Source: Isurus oxyrinchus (lineage: Eukaryota). Taken from it: DNA of 64,000 nt. The notes below the pieces were generated by a model that saw only the letters and a program-made list of their open reading frames with translations, was not told the origin of the DNA and searched no databases. The stretch lies in contig JANJGN010000838.1 in NCBI GenBank assembly GCA_026770705.1, positions 1 to 64,000 on the forward strand, written 5' to 3'. The position numbers and the translations under genes were made by a program. This document shows positions 36,892 through 51,277 of this stretch, in pieces. The number at the start of each line of letters is the position of its first letter. Positions within the stretch are counted from its first letter, which is position 1.

Positions 36892-37188
36892 ATTTCACAG
36901 ATAAACCCACGATATTCCCTGCTGAAATTATTGCTGGAAAGCGTGTGGATGTAAGCTGCACCTTCAACACAACGTGCAGTGGAACAGCAGCACCTGTCTT
37001 AACCTGGGACACTCCCACTGACGTACCTGGATCAGTCTTAAACACTGTAACTCAGCATGGTGTCACTCTGACCTATACTTCTGTTCTGACCCTGATCCCA
37101 TCACTCAAACACCACGGACACACTCTCAGCTGCAGAGTGAGATATCCATCTGTTTCATCGGAGCGGACCCTCGTACTAACTGTGCAAC
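36892..37188 (+). CDS. Cassette A Siglec C2 exon
   Basis: 297 nt open, intact splice sites. Read-through stop at 37223. Confidence 0.88.
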
Positions 37189-38099
37189 GTAAGTACGGAC
37201 ACCTTTCATTGTACATTAGCTAGAACAGTGTAGATAATGCACAGCAGGATCCCATAGAAAGGTATTCTGATGAGAATCAGATAATCTGTTTTTTAGGGAA
37301 AATAGTGACCAGAACACAATTAATAACAGTTTCTGAACAGTAACACAGCGGCTTTTATTTCCAGCCAAGAGACCGATAGAGCAGAGCAGGAATCGCAATG
37401 TACTCACCCCCTGACACTGCAGCACTCACTCGGTACTGACCCTCTGACAGTGCAGCACTCCTTCAGTACTGACCCTATGACAGTGCAGCACTCCCTCATT
37501 ACTGACCCTATGACAGTGCAACACTCCCTCAGTACTGACCCTCTGACAGTCAGCACTCCCTCAGTACTGACCCTCCGACAGTGCAGCACTCCCTCAGTAC
37601 TGACCCTCTGACAGTGCAGCACTCCCTCAGTCCTGACCCATTGACAGTGTAGCACTCCCTCAGTCCTGTCCCACTGATAGTGCAACTCTCTCTCAGTACT
37701 GACCCTCTGACAGTGCAGCACTCCCTCAGTACTGACCCTCTGACAGTGCAGCACTCCCTCAGTACTGATCCTCCAACAGTTTAGAAATCTCTTCGTACTG
37801 ATCCTCCGTCAGTGCAGCACTCCCACAGTACTGACCCTCCAACAGTGCAGCACTCCCTCAGTACTGATCCTCTGACAGTGCAGCACTCCCTCAGTACTGA
37901 CCCTCTGACAGTGCAGCACTCCTTCACTACTGAACCTCCAACTCTGCAGCGCTCCCTCAGAACTTACAATCCAACATTGAATACCTCCCTCCCGATTGAC
38001 CCTCAGATAATGCTGCAGTCCCTTGTTCCAGAGCTTCCAACTGTGCAACACTCCCTCAGTAATGACCCTTTGACAGTGCTGCTCTCCCTCAGTATTGCC

Positions 38100-41000
38100 T
38101 TTAAACTAAATAGATGGGGAGAGTGTTCTGGAGAGGGTATATGTAGGCTTACAAAGCAAAAGGATTTGTCAGCATTGCAGGATAACTGTTTTGGTGATGA
38201 TACCCAGTGTGTGACAGGTGGGTACACAGTGTCCAAACATTAAAATACATCAGCAAATAGTGTCAGAGGGAGGAAAATGATAAAAAGACAAAATTAATGG
38301 CTCTTGACTTAAATGCACATAGTATTTGGAACAACATAAATGAATTAAAGGCACAAATAGAGGTTAATGGGTTTGATCTTATAGCCATTATGGAGACATG
38401 GTTACAAGGAGATCAAAGCTTTGAAATAAATATTCAGGGTGATGTGACTTTTCAAAAAGACAGGCAGGAAGGAAAGGTGGTGGGGTAGCTTTGTTAATAG
38501 GAGATGGATTAAGTACGAAAGCAAGAAATGATCTTGGATCGGAGGGTATAGAATCCATATGGCTCGAGGTAATGAATAACAAGGGGAACAAGGAACTGGT
38601 GGGAGGGTCTATCAGCCCCATGACTGTAGCTCAGCTGTAGGACAGAGAATAAATCATGAGATAATGAGGGCATGTAAAAAAGGCAGTACATTAATCTTCA
38701 TGTAGATTGGGAAAACCCAATTGGCAGAGGTAGCCATGAGCAAGAATTCATAGAGTGTATTCAAGACAGTTTCCTGGAATAATATGTCGTGGATCTAACC
38801 AGGGATCAGGCTATTTTGGATCTGGTAATGTGTAATGAGGCAGGTTTCATACATGATCTCAGAATAAATGATCCCCTGGAAAACAGTGACCATAACATGG
38901 TAGAATTTAGCATTCCGTTTGAGACTGAGAAACCTGGGTCGGAAACAACTGTGCTGGACTTAAATAAGTGTAATTACAAAGGAATAAGGACAGGGTTGTC
39001 TGGAGTGGACTGGGAAAGGGGTTTAGCAGAAAAGATGCTCAATGAACAAAGCAGATCTTTAAGAAAATAGCTCATGACTCACAACAAAGATATATCCCAG
39101 TGAGGAAGACGGATTGTAGGAAGAGAATAAACCAACCTGGGTTACCCAAAGAAGTTAAGGTGTGTGTCAAATTGAAAGAAAAAACATGCAGCACGACAAA
39201 GATTAGTGGTAAGCCAGAGGATTGAGAGAGATTTAAAAACCAACAGAAGATGACCAAAAAATAAATAAAGAGGGAGAAAACTAGGTAAACTAGTAATTGA
39301 TATAAAAAAGGAAAATAAAAGCTTCTTTAAATATATAAAAAGGGAGAGAGAGACCAAAGTGAACATGGGCCCCTTAGAGAACTAGGCTGGGGAAATAATA
39401 ATGAGGAACCAGGAAATGACGGAGGAATTGAATAAATACTTTGCATCAGTCTTCACGGTAGAACACACTAATAGCATTCCAAAAATACTAAATAATCAAG
39501 GGGCAAAAGGGGGGTGCGGAGAGGAAATAAATACAGTAACAATCACTAGAGAATAACGCTAGCGAAATTAATGGGTCTCAAGGCTGATAAGTCCCCTGGA
39601 CCTGATAGGTTGCATCTTAGGATATTAAAGGAAGTAGATGCAGAGATAGTGGATGTACTGGTTTTAATCTTCCATGAATCCTTAGATTCTGGGAAAGTCT
39701 CAGAGGATTGGAAAACTGCCAAAGTAACACCCATATCAAAAAGGGAGGGAGACAACAAACAGGTAACTATAGGCCAGTGAGTTTAACATCTGTCATTGGG
39801 AACATGTTAGAGTCCATTATAAAGGATGTAATAGCAGTCTATTTAGAAATGCATAATTTAATCACACACAGGCTTCATGAAGGGGAAATCATGCATGACA
39901 AATTTATTAGAATTCTTTGAGGAGGTAACAAACAGGATAGATAAAGGGGAACCAGTAGATGTAATATATTTGGATTTCCAAAAGGCATTCAGTAAATTAC
40001 CACATATAAGGCTACTTAATAAGATAAGAGCCCATGGTGTTGGGGGCAGTATATTAGCATGGATAGAGGATCGGCTAACTAATAGAAGTCAGAGAGTTGG
40101 GATAAGGGGGCATTTTCAGGATGGCAACCTGTGGAGTGCCACACGGATCAGTGCTGGGGCCACAATTATTTACAATATATATTAATGACTTGGATGAGGG
40201 AAATTAATGTACTATCGCCAAGTTTGTGGATGACACAAAAATAGATGGGAAGGCAAGTGGTGAGGGTGTCACAAAGAGTCTACAGAGAGACATAGACAGG
40301 TTCAGTGAGTGGACATCAACTTGGCAGATGGAATATAATGTGGGAAAATGTGAGCTGCTGCACTGTGGCAGGATGTATAGAGGAGCTGAATATTATTTCA
40401 ATGGAGAAAGACATTGGAAAGGTGAAGCATATTGGAATTTGGGGGTCATCAGAAAGATAACATACAAGTTCAACAGTTAATAGGGAAGGCAGGTGGAATG
40501 TTGGCCTTTATTTCAAAGGGAATGGAGTATAAAAATAGGGAAGTCTTGCTAAAACTATACAAGGCACTAGTTAGACCACACCTAGAATACTGTGAGCAGT
40601 TTTGGTTCCCTTATCTAAGGAAAGATGTACTGGCATTGGAGGCAGTCCAGAGAAGGTTCACTAGGTTGATCCCAGTAATGGAGGGATTTTCATATGAGGA
40701 GAGGTTGAGTAGGATGGACCTGTACTCATTGGAGTTTAGGAGAATGAGAGCTGACCTTATTGAAACATATAAGATTCTTAGGGTGCTTGACAGGGTAGAT
40801 GCTGAGAGGTTGTTTCCCCTTGTGGGAGAGTCTAGGACCAGAGGGCATAATCTCAGAGTAAGGGGTCACCCATTTAAGACAGAGATGAGGAGTTTCTTCT
40901 CTCAGAGGGTAGTGAATGTGTGGAATTCTTTACTGCAGACAGCTGCAGAGGCTGGGTCATTAATTATATTCAAGGCTGAGATACACAGTTTTTTAATCAG

Positions 41001-41145
41001 TCAGGGAATCAAAGGCTATGGGGAAGAGGCAGGAAAGTGGAGTTGAGGATTGTCAGATCAGCCATGGTGTCATTGAATGGCGGAGCAGAGTTGATTGGCC
41101 GAATGGCCTCCTTCTGCTCTGACGTCTTGTGGTCTTATGGTCTTA
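38100..41145 (+). mobile_element. Degraded CR1 LINE (endonuclease and RT remnants)
   Basis: DLIAIMETWL, SDHNMVEF, NYRPVSLTS, YLDFQKAF and LVRPHLEYC motifs broken by stops and frameshifts; tail ggtcttatggtcttat. Confidence 0.93.
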
Positions 41146-41147
41146 TC

Positions 41148-42003
41148 ACCCTCCGACAGTGCAGAGCTCCCTAATTACTGACCCTCCAACAGTGCAGCAC
41201 TCCCTCAGTACTGACCCTCCGACAGTGCAGCATTCCCTAAGTATTGACCCTCCAACAGTGCAGCACTCCCTCAGTACTGACCCTCTGGCAGTGCAGCATT
41301 CCCTAAGTATTGACCCTCCAACAGTGCAGCACTCCCTCAGTACTGACCCTCCAACAGTGCAGAGCTCCCTAATTACTGACCCTCCGACAGTGCAGCACTC
41401 CCTCAGTACTGACCCTCCGACAGTGCAGCATTCCCTAAGTACTGACCCTCCGAGAGTGCAGCACTCTTCCAGTACTGGCCCTCCAACAGTGCAACACTCC
41501 CCTAGTACTGACCCTCCAACAGTGCAGCACTCCCTCAGTACTGACCCTCCAACAGTGCAGCACTCCCTCAGTACTGACCCTCTGACAGTGCACCACTCCA
41601 TCAGTACTGACCCTCCGACAGTGCAGCACTCCCTCAGTTCTGATCTTCCAACAGTGCAGCAGTCCATCAGTACTGACCCTCCAACAGTGCACCACTCCCT
41701 CAGTCCTGATCCTCCAACAGTGCAGCACTCCCTCAGTACTGATCCTCCAACAGTTCAGCACTCCCTTAGTACTGATTCTCTGACAGTGAAGTACTTGCTC
41801 AGTACTGACTATGCGGCAGTGCAGCTTTCACAGTACCTGCCCTCCAACAGTGCAGCAGGTCATCAGTACTCACGCGCCAAGAGGGCAGCTCTCCCTCAGT
41901 ACTGACCCTCCCACAGTGCAGCACTACCTCAGTACTGACCCTCCAACAGTGCAGCACTCCATCAGTACTGACCCTCCAACAATACAGCACTCCCTCAGTA
42001 CTG
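41148..42003 (+). repeat. 33-bp satellite array
   Basis: Directly follows the CR1 tail. Confidence 0.95.
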
Positions 42004-44644
42004 AACTGAAGTGTCTGCCTGAATTAAGTGCTTTGTGGTGAAGGAACCTACATTGATATCACACCTTTCACATTCTCAGGGTCCCTCTTCAGTACTGACC
42101 CTCTGACAGTGCAGCATTGCTTCAGTACTGACTCTCTTACAGTGCAGCACTCCCTCAATACTGACCCTCTGACAGTGCAGCACTCCCTCAATACTGACCC
42201 TCTGACAGTGCAGCATTGCTTCAGTACTGACCCTCTGACAGTGCAGCACTCCCTCAGTACAGAGCGTGTGGGCAGTTCCTCCCCAGGCGAGCAGTCGGAC
42301 AGGTCCTGGGTAAGTAACGGAACGATTGGAATTCACTTCCACCACCAACACCGTCCTTTGTTGATGTTGTGACTTTATAAAGAGAGATTCCAATAATTCA
42401 CAGTGCAGCACTCCCTCAGTACTGACCCTCTGACAGTTTAGCACTCCCTCAGTAATGACCCTCTGACAGTGCAGCACTCCCTCAGTACTGACCCTCTGAC
42501 AGTGCAGCACTCCCTCAGTACTGACCCTCTGACAGTGCAGCACTCCCTCAGTACTGACCCTCTGACAGTGCAGCACCTCTTCAGTACAGGGTCCTGAATC
42601 TTTGGAAGTCTCTCCTTAATCCTTGGGTGTGGAGGATCTCAGAGACTCTCATGTAATTGAGAAGTCACCATGAGCACAGCAGCAGTCAGAATAGACAGAT
42701 CTACAACCCAACACTCACACTTGCTGCACAGTTTCACCACCAAACCACAAGAATTAAGCAAACTGGCTGAAAATAAAGAGATGACAATTCAGCCTGTGTG
42801 GAAAGGTCAGAAGTTTATTGTTTCCTGTTTGTCTCTGATCTGCAGCGCAGATAAATATTAGAAAACCACAGAATCAAACAGCACAGAAAGAGGCCACTCA
42901 GCCCATTGTCCCTGTCCTGGTCTCCTGGGACAGATATCCAATTGGTCCCAATCTCCCATTCTCTCACACTCTGCAAGTATTTTGAAAGATCCTATTGAAT
43001 CTGCTTCCACCGCCCTTTCAGGCAGCACCTTCCAGATCACAGCAACTCGCTGTGTACAATAAAACCTAACCTGCCTGCTCAGTGATGGTTACTCCCATCT
43101 GAGGGGATGTATATTCATGAATTTGGATTCAATCTGGAACAGGAAGAATTTGAAGGACGATGGGGGAAGAGAGGTGGATTGAAACCAATTGTGTGCTTCT
43201 TTTAAAGAGCTAACACAGCCAAGATGGCATGAATGGCCTCCTGCTATTCTGTGTGATTCTGTGATATGATGAAGAAAGTTCCTTTTCAGCAACATTTTAC
43301 CTCTTCTGCTGAAACTCTTCATGTTGGAGAAGAGGAAGTGATGGTTTCCATCAGCGTTTAGTGTGTGTTCCAGTTCAGTTTTAACCGAAACTCAGTGAAG
43401 CGGATGGTGAAGGTCATGAACCCACCACAGCGGCACCTCCAACACATGCAGAGCTCAGTCTAGAGGCGCTTTGTTAGCCTGTTTCACAGGGTCTGCTGGA
43501 GTAGGGTCAGTGCTGAGCTTGGGGACAAGTCAGTCTACAATGCTGCATCGGAATCAACAATACAACAATATGGGGTTTGGATCGAAATAATTTGATCCTC
43601 TGACAGTGCAGCACTCCCTCAGTACTGATTCTCCAACAGTGCAGCACTCCCTCAGTACTGACCCTCTGACAGTGCAGCACTCCCTCAGTACTGACCCTCT
43701 GGCAGTGCAGCACTCCCACAATACTGAGCCTCTGACAGTGCAGCACTGCTTCAGTACTGACCCTCCAACTGTGCAGCACGCCCTTAGGAATGATCCTCTG
43801 ACAGTGCAGGACTCTCAATCCTGACACCGATTGCCGGTCTGGTTTGTCAGTCTGAATTTTGCCAAATGAATCTCGAACAGACGACCTTCTCACTCAGAGA
43901 GAGAGAGAGGGTTTGAAACTCAATGACCCACAGGAGAAATTTCTGGTCAATGTCTTTCCACTTTTGAGCAGAAATATCATCACAAGTCCAGAACGCAAAG
44001 GGTTAACAGCTTCAAAGAACTCTAAACATGAGCTGCATCCTCACAAAGTGACCACTTCCACATTTTGTCTCACAGAGACACATCAACCCTTTCTAATTAA
44101 ACACACAGAGGGAGCAGCACAGGAAGAGGTCATTCAGCCCAAGCAGAGCGTGTGGGCAGTTCCTCCCCAGGCGAGCAGACGGACAGGTCCTGGGTAAGTA
44201 ACAGAACGATTGGAATTCACTTCCACGACCAACACCTTCCTTTGTTGATGTTGTGACTTTATAAAGACAGATTCCAATGATTGATGCCTTTGAAAGATTT
44301 CTACTGATTATTGAGATCTGGGTGTGAGGCTCAAGTCTGTTGTACAGAACATCTTTCCAGCTCAAGGGATGAGGGAAGTGCAGGGACATGAGCTTTGGGA
44401 TATCCTGAGGTGTTGAAAGGTGCTATAGAAATGCAAGTCCTTCAATGTTTTTCTTTCTTAAAGCCTTGTACCTCTCTGCAGAGCACCTATCATCCCACAG
44501 AGAATCAAATTAGATCCGTGAAGACATTGTCTAAAAGCAGTTCTAATCTCTCGAGAGCTGTCGGACAAGAGGTGAGGTCTCATTAACTCCTTTCTCTTTC
44601 AGAACTTCAGAGTTAGAAGCTGAGGAATTATCTGGGAGTGGACA

Positions 44645-44684
44645 ATGATCGGGAAATCTTTCTTCCTCCTGTCACTTCTCCAAG
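44645..44684 (+). CDS. Cassette B leader exon MIGKSFFLLSLLQ
   Basis: Intact ATG and donor. Confidence 0.8.
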
Positions 44685-46218
44685 GTAATATCATCGTCAG
44701 CTCAAACAGATTTATGGCTAATAGTCTTTGTAAAAGATCATTCTTATTGAGATCTGATTGGGAACCGATTCAGCAGTGTGCCAGTGTACAAACTCACACC
44801 AAGTCCCAATGACCCATCACCCCTGTGCTCACTGATATACACTGACTCCCTGTCTGACAGCAGAATTGGAGGACAGCAGAGATCTCAGAGGGGTGAAGGG
44901 GCTGGATGAGGTTACAGAGGTAGGGACTGGAGAGGTGGTTGGGGGGATTGGGAATTGAGCATGAGAATCTTAAAATGGAGGCACTGCTTGACTGGGAGCC
45001 TATGTAAGTCAGTGTGGATGGGGGGAAGGGTGGTAAAAGGTTGAGTAGAAAATCAGGATAAAAACTGGAGGATGAAGTCTCTCTCTATGTTAGGTGTCTG
45101 ATAGCAATATCCTGAAATGTGTCTTTTGCTGATTTTATTCAGAATTTCCCATGAAGACAACACAGCAGCTCCTAGAATAGACAGGCTGTTCAGTGTCACA
45201 CTTCCTGTCCATTCTCACCTTGCTAGATACTTCAATAAGGGAGCAAGATAACTGAAAGAGAAAAGGAAGGTAAAGCTGTCCGTGTGTAAAGGTGTCAATA
45301 TTCAGTTTGTATATTTGTCTTTCTCTCGACACATGCAGAGCTCAGGCTAGAGGCGCTTTGTTAGTGTGTTTCACAGTGTCTGCTGGAGTAGGGTCAGTGC
45401 TGAGCTTGGGGACAAGTCAGTCTACAATGCTGCATCGGAATCAACAATACAACAATATGGGGTTTGGATCAGAAATAATCCCTTAGACAATGAGGATCCA
45501 TAGAGATTCCTTAGACAATGAGGATCCAAAGAGATTCCTTAAACAATGAGGATGCAAAGAGATTCCTCAGACAATGAAGGTCCAAAGTGCACCAATCAGA
45601 TTGAATCAGATTAGCCAATCAGCTGTGTTGAGGAGCAGACAGGAATGTTAGGCTAATTAGTGATTCATGACGGTGATAATGGGGGGAGTTCTGAGGGCTC
45701 CTAATCCATTGTCCTGTCTTGTAAATCAGCACTGAATGGATCTCAGTTGGTGGGTCTTGTAGACAGTGTGTTGGGTCACATTTAATCATTGACATTAAAG
45801 TGATAATTAGAGGCTGCATTTGGACTGAACATGAAGCTGTCACCAGGCCGTTTGAAATTAACAATCCAAATGGTCCAGATGAGCAGAGAGCAATAGATTA
45901 TATTTACATAGTGCCGTAACTGTAAAAAAAAATAATCCAAGGGGCGACACAGGAGCATGATAATACAAGGCACAGTGACATTGTTTCACTGGCTTCACTA
46001 AACAGGGTCCTGAGGACCATGAGCCAATGTAGAATGAACTAGTCCACTCCTGTGTCCAGGATTCTCTTCCATCCATTGTGAAACCTTGGGGATATCCCTG
46101 TGTGTCCTGTAGATGGTCCACACTGCAGCCACTGTGCCCCAGTGATGGAGGGGGTGGATATTGAGCCTAATGGATCTTCAAAACATCCAGAGTTAAATAT
46201 TGATATTTCTCTCCCCAG

Positions 46219-46587
46219 TTGGACAGTCACAAGAGTGGAAAGGTGACAGTCCCCGAGAGGTGACAGCGCAGGAAGGTTCGTGTGTACAGATTCCATGTCA
46301 TTACAGTTATCCATCACATTTGGAAAGCCAACCGCGAGGTGGAGTCTGGTTTAATAATGAGAAACAGATTCCCTGGGCTCCCATTGCCTTTCACTCCAAG
46401 GATCACAGTCACGAGTTACCACGGTTCCACCATCGGACCCGGCTGTCTGGAGACCTGAAAGATGGCGACTGTTCCCTGATTATAAACAATATCAGACGGG
46501 AAGATGCAGGACCTTATTTTTTCAGGATAGAATTTGACAATGGTCCGAGCCATAACTATTACCCTGTAACCCAGCTTCACGTTTCTG
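46219..46587 (+). CDS. Cassette B Siglec V-set exon
   Basis: 369 nt open, intact splice sites. Confidence 0.88.
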
Positions 46588-47445
46588 GTAAGTGCTGTGT
46601 TATAATTACTCAACAATTCACATTCAACACTCAATGGGAAATAACGCAAACTGTGACGTTTACATATTAACACAAAACACAGCTTAATATAACACACTGT
46701 CTGATTCTCAATAACCTGGTGATAGCTTCCGGTTCAGTCCTAAAGCAACCTCTAATACTCACTTTAATATCAATAATGAAAAGCATTAACTGTATTATCA
46801 GGTTACCACACCCATCAATCTCTCCTGTCCTGTTTAAAAGTCTGACGTATCGATAAAAGAAAGATGTGCATTTCTGCAGCGCAATTTACCACCTCAGGTG
46901 GATCCAAATCCCTTCACAGCCAATGAAATTACTCCTGAATTGTGGTCACAGATGTTAAACACAGCAGGCAGTTTGTGCACAGCAAGATCCAACAAACCAC
47001 AAGGTGCTAAATCACCCAGATCACAGAGGAAATGAGAAGCCAGTGAACTCAAACCTCTGGTCTGATGAAGAGTCATACGGACTCGAAACGTTAACCCTGT
47101 CTTCCTCTCCACTGATACTGTCAGACCTGCTGAGTCTTTCCAGCAATTTTTGTTTTGGTTTCAGATTTCCAGCATCCACAGTATTCTGCTTTGAACTCCA
47201 ATCTCTGGTCTGAGCCTCTTCTCTCATCCAGTGTTCTCAATTCACATGTCTCGGAGTGAACGTGTATTAAGCTGAGAGACAGAAACACTACTGCCAAAGA
47301 GCAAGAAAATCTTTCCTGATCATTGTAACCTCTCAGTTCTGATATCATCCTTGTAAAAGTGCTTTCTCTTGTGGGACTGTGATTTCTATTTGAACTGATG
47401 CTTCACGTTATATTTCTCTAAAAAGATCCATTTTCTGTCTGTTAG

Positions 47446-47742
47446 ATTTCACAGATAAACCCACGATATTCCCTGCTGAAATTATTGCAGGAAAGCGTGT
47501 GGATGTAAGCTGCACCTTCAACACAACGTGCAATGGAACAGCAGCACCTGTCTTAACCTGGGACACTCCCACTGACGTACCTGGATCAGTCTCAAACACT
47601 GTAACTCAGCATGGTGTCACTCTGACCTATACTTCTGTTCTGACCCTGATCCCATCACTCAAACACCACGGACACACTCTCAGCTGCAGAGTGAGATATC
47701 CATCTGTTTCATCGGAGCGGACCCTCGTAATAACTGTGCAAT
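47446..47742 (+). CDS. Cassette B Siglec C2 exon
   Basis: 297 nt open, intact splice sites. Confidence 0.88.
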
Positions 47743-48224
47743 GTAAGTACGGACACCTTTCATTCTACATTAGCTAGAACAGTGTAGATAATGCACAGCA
47801 GGATCCCATAGAAAGGTATTCTGAGGAGAATCAGATAATCTGTTTTTTAGGGAAAATAGTGACCAGAACACAATTAATAACAGTTTCTGAACAGTAACAC
47901 AGCGGCTTTTATTTCCAGCCAAGAGACCGATAGAGCAGAGCAGGAATCGCAATGTACTCACCCCCTGACAGTGCAGCACTCCCTCAGTACTGACCCTATG
48001 ACAGTGCAGCACTCCCTCAGTACTGACCCTATGACAATGCAACACTCCCTCAGTACTGACCCTCTGACAGTCAGCACTCCCTCAGTACTGACCCTCCGAC
48101 AGTGCAGCACTCCCTCAGTACTGACCCTCTGACAGTGCAGCACTCCCTCAGTCCTGACCCACTGACAGTGCAACACTCCCTCAGTAATGACCCATTGACA
48201 GTGCTGCTCTCCCTCAGTATTGCC

Positions 48225-51200
48225 TTTAAACTAAATAGATGGGGAGAGTGTTCTGGAGAGGGTATATGTAGGCTTACAAAGCAAAAGGATTTGTCAGCAT
48301 TGCAGGATAGCTGTTTTGGTGATGATACCCAGTGTGTGACAGGTGGGTACACAGTGTCCAAACATTAAAATACATCAGCAAATAGAGTCAGAGGGAGGAA
48401 AATGATAAAAAGACAAAATTAATGGCTCTTGACTTAAATGCACATAGTATTTGGAACAAAATAAATGAATTAAAGGCAAAAATAGAGGTTAATGGGTTTG
48501 ATCTTATAGCCATTATGGAGACATGGTTACAAGGAGATCAAAGCTTTGAAATAAATATTCAAGGGAATGTGTCTTTTCAAAAAGACAGGCAGGAAGGAAA
48601 GGTGGTGGGGTAGCTTTGTTAATAGGAGATGGAATAAGTACGAAAGCAAGAAATGATCTTCGATCGGAGGGTATAGAATCCATATGGCTCGAGGTAATGA
48701 ATAACAAGGGGAACAAGGAACTGGTGGGAGTGGTCTATCAGCCCCATGACTGTAGCTCGGCTGTAGGACAGAGAATAAATCATGAGATAATGAGGGCATG
48801 TAAAAAAGGCAGTACATTAATCTTCATGTAGATTGGGAAAACCAAATTGGCAGAGGTGGCCATGAGCAAGAATTCATAGAATGTATTCAAGACAGTTTCC
48901 TGGAATAATATGTCGTGTATCTAACCAGGGATCAGGCTATTTTGGATCTGGTAATGTGTAATGAGGCAGGTTTCATACATGATCTCAGAATAAATGATCC
49001 CCTGGAAAACAGTGACCATAACATGGTAGAATTTAGCATTCCGTTTGAGACTGAGAAACTTGGGTCGGAAACAACTGTGCTGGACTTAAATAAGTGTAAT
49101 TACAAAGGAATAAGGACAGGGTTGTCTGGAATGGACTGGGAAAGGGGTTTAGCAGAAAAGATGCTGGATGAACAATAGCAGATGTTAAAGAAAATATCTC
49201 ATGACTCACAACAAAGATATATCCCGGTGAGGAAGACGGATTGTAGGAAGAGAATAAACCAACCTGGGTTACCCAAAGAAGTTAAGGTGTGTGTCAAATT
49301 GAAAGAAAAAACATGCAGCACGACAAAGATTAGTGGTAAGCCAGAGGATTGAGAGAGATTTAAAAACCAACAGAAGATGACCAAAAAATAAATAAAGAGG
49401 GAGAAAACTAGGTAAACTAGTAATTGATATAAAAAAGAACAATAAAAGCTTCTTTAAATATATAAAAAGGGAGAGAGAGACCAAAGTGAACATGGGCCCC
49501 TTAGAGAACTAGGCTGGGGAAATAATAATGAGGAACCAGGAAATGACAGAGGAGTTGAATAAATACTTTGCATCAGTCTTCACGGTAGAACACACTAATA
49601 GCATTCCAAAAATACTAAATAATCAAGGGGCAAAAGGGGGGTGGGGAGAGGAAATAAATACAGTAACTATCACTAGAGAATAATGCTAGCGAAATTAATG
49701 GGTCTCAAGTCTGATAAGTCCCCTGGACCTGATAGGTTGCATCTTAGGATATTAAAGGAAGTAGATGCAGAGATAGTGGGTGTACTGGTTTTAATCTTCC
49801 ATGAATCCTTAGATTCTGGGAAACTCCCAGAGGATTGGAAAACTGCCAATGTAACACCCATATTCAATAAGGGAGGGAGACAACAAACAGGTAACTATAG
49901 GGCAGTGAGCTTAACATCTGTCATTGGGAACATGTTAGAGTCCATTATAAAGGATGTAATAGCAGACTATTTAGAAATGCATAATTTAATCACACACAGG
50001 CTTCATGAAGGTGAAATCATGCATGACAAATTTATTAGAATTCTTTGAGGAGGTAACAAACAGGATAGATAAAGGGGAACCAGTAGATGTAATATATTTG
50101 GATTTCCAAAAGGCATTCAGTAAAGTATCACATATAAGGCTACTTAATAAGATAAGAGCCCATGGTGTTGGGGGCAGTATATTAGCATGGATAGAGGATC
50201 GGCTAACTAATAGAAGTCAGAGAGTTGGGATAAGGGGGGCATTTTCAGGATGGCAACCTGTGGATTGCCACAGGGATCAGTGCTGGGGCCACAATTATTT
50301 ACAAAATATAATTAATGACTTGGATGAGGGAAATTAATGTACTATTGCCAAGTTTGTGGATGACACAAAAATAGATGGGAAGGTAAGTGGTGAGGGTGAC
50401 ACGAAGAGTCTACAGAGAGACATAGACAGGTTCAGTGAGTGGGCATCAACTTGGCAGATGGAATATAATGTGGGAAAATGTGAGCTGCTGCACTGTGGCA
50501 GGATCTATAGAGGAGCTGAATATTATTTCAATGGAGAAAGACATTGGAAAGCTGAAGCATAGAGGAATTTGGGGGTCATCAGAAAGATAACATACAAGTT
50601 CAACAGTTAATAGGGAAGGCAGGTGGAATGTTGGCCTTTATTTCAAAGGGAATGGAGTATAAAAATAGGGAAGTCTTGCTAAAACTATACAAGGCACTAG
50701 TTAGACCACACCTAGAATACTGTGAGCAGTTTTGGTTCCCTTATCTAAGGAAAGATGTACTGGCATTGGAGGCAGTCCAGAGAAGGTTCACTAGGTTGAT
50801 CCCAGTAATGGAGGGATTTTCATATGAGGAGAGGTTGAGTAGGATGGGCCTGTACTCATTGGAGTTTAGGAGAATGAGAGCTGACCTTATTGAAACATAT
50901 AAGATTCTTAGGGTGCTTGACAGGGTAGATGCTGAGAGGTTGTTTCCCCTTGTGGGAGAGTCTAGGACCAGAGGGCATAATCTCAGAGTAAGGGGTCACC
51001 CATTTAAGACAGAGATGAGGAGTTTCTTCCCTCAGAGGGTAGTGAATGTGTGGAATTATTTACTACAGAGAGCTGCAGAGGCTGGGTCATTAATTATATT
51101 CAAGGCTGAGATACACAGTTTTTTAATCAGTCAGGGAATCAAAGGCTATGGGGAAGAGGCAGGAAAGTGGAGTTGAGGATTGTCAGATCAGCCATGGTGT

Positions 51201-51275
51201 CATTGAATGGCGGAGCAGAGTTGATTGGCCGAATGGCCTCCTTCTGCTCTGACGTCCGGTGGTCTTATGGTCTTA
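48225..51275 (+). mobile_element. Degraded CR1 LINE (co-duplicated copy)
   Basis: Near-identical to 38100-41145. Confidence 0.93.
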
Positions 51276-51277
51276 TC

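Noticed and set aside
38297-41046. Active retrotransposon amplified three times
   Set aside because: The copies share the same flanks and largely the same disabling lesions, so this is one dead CR1 copied with the segmental duplication.
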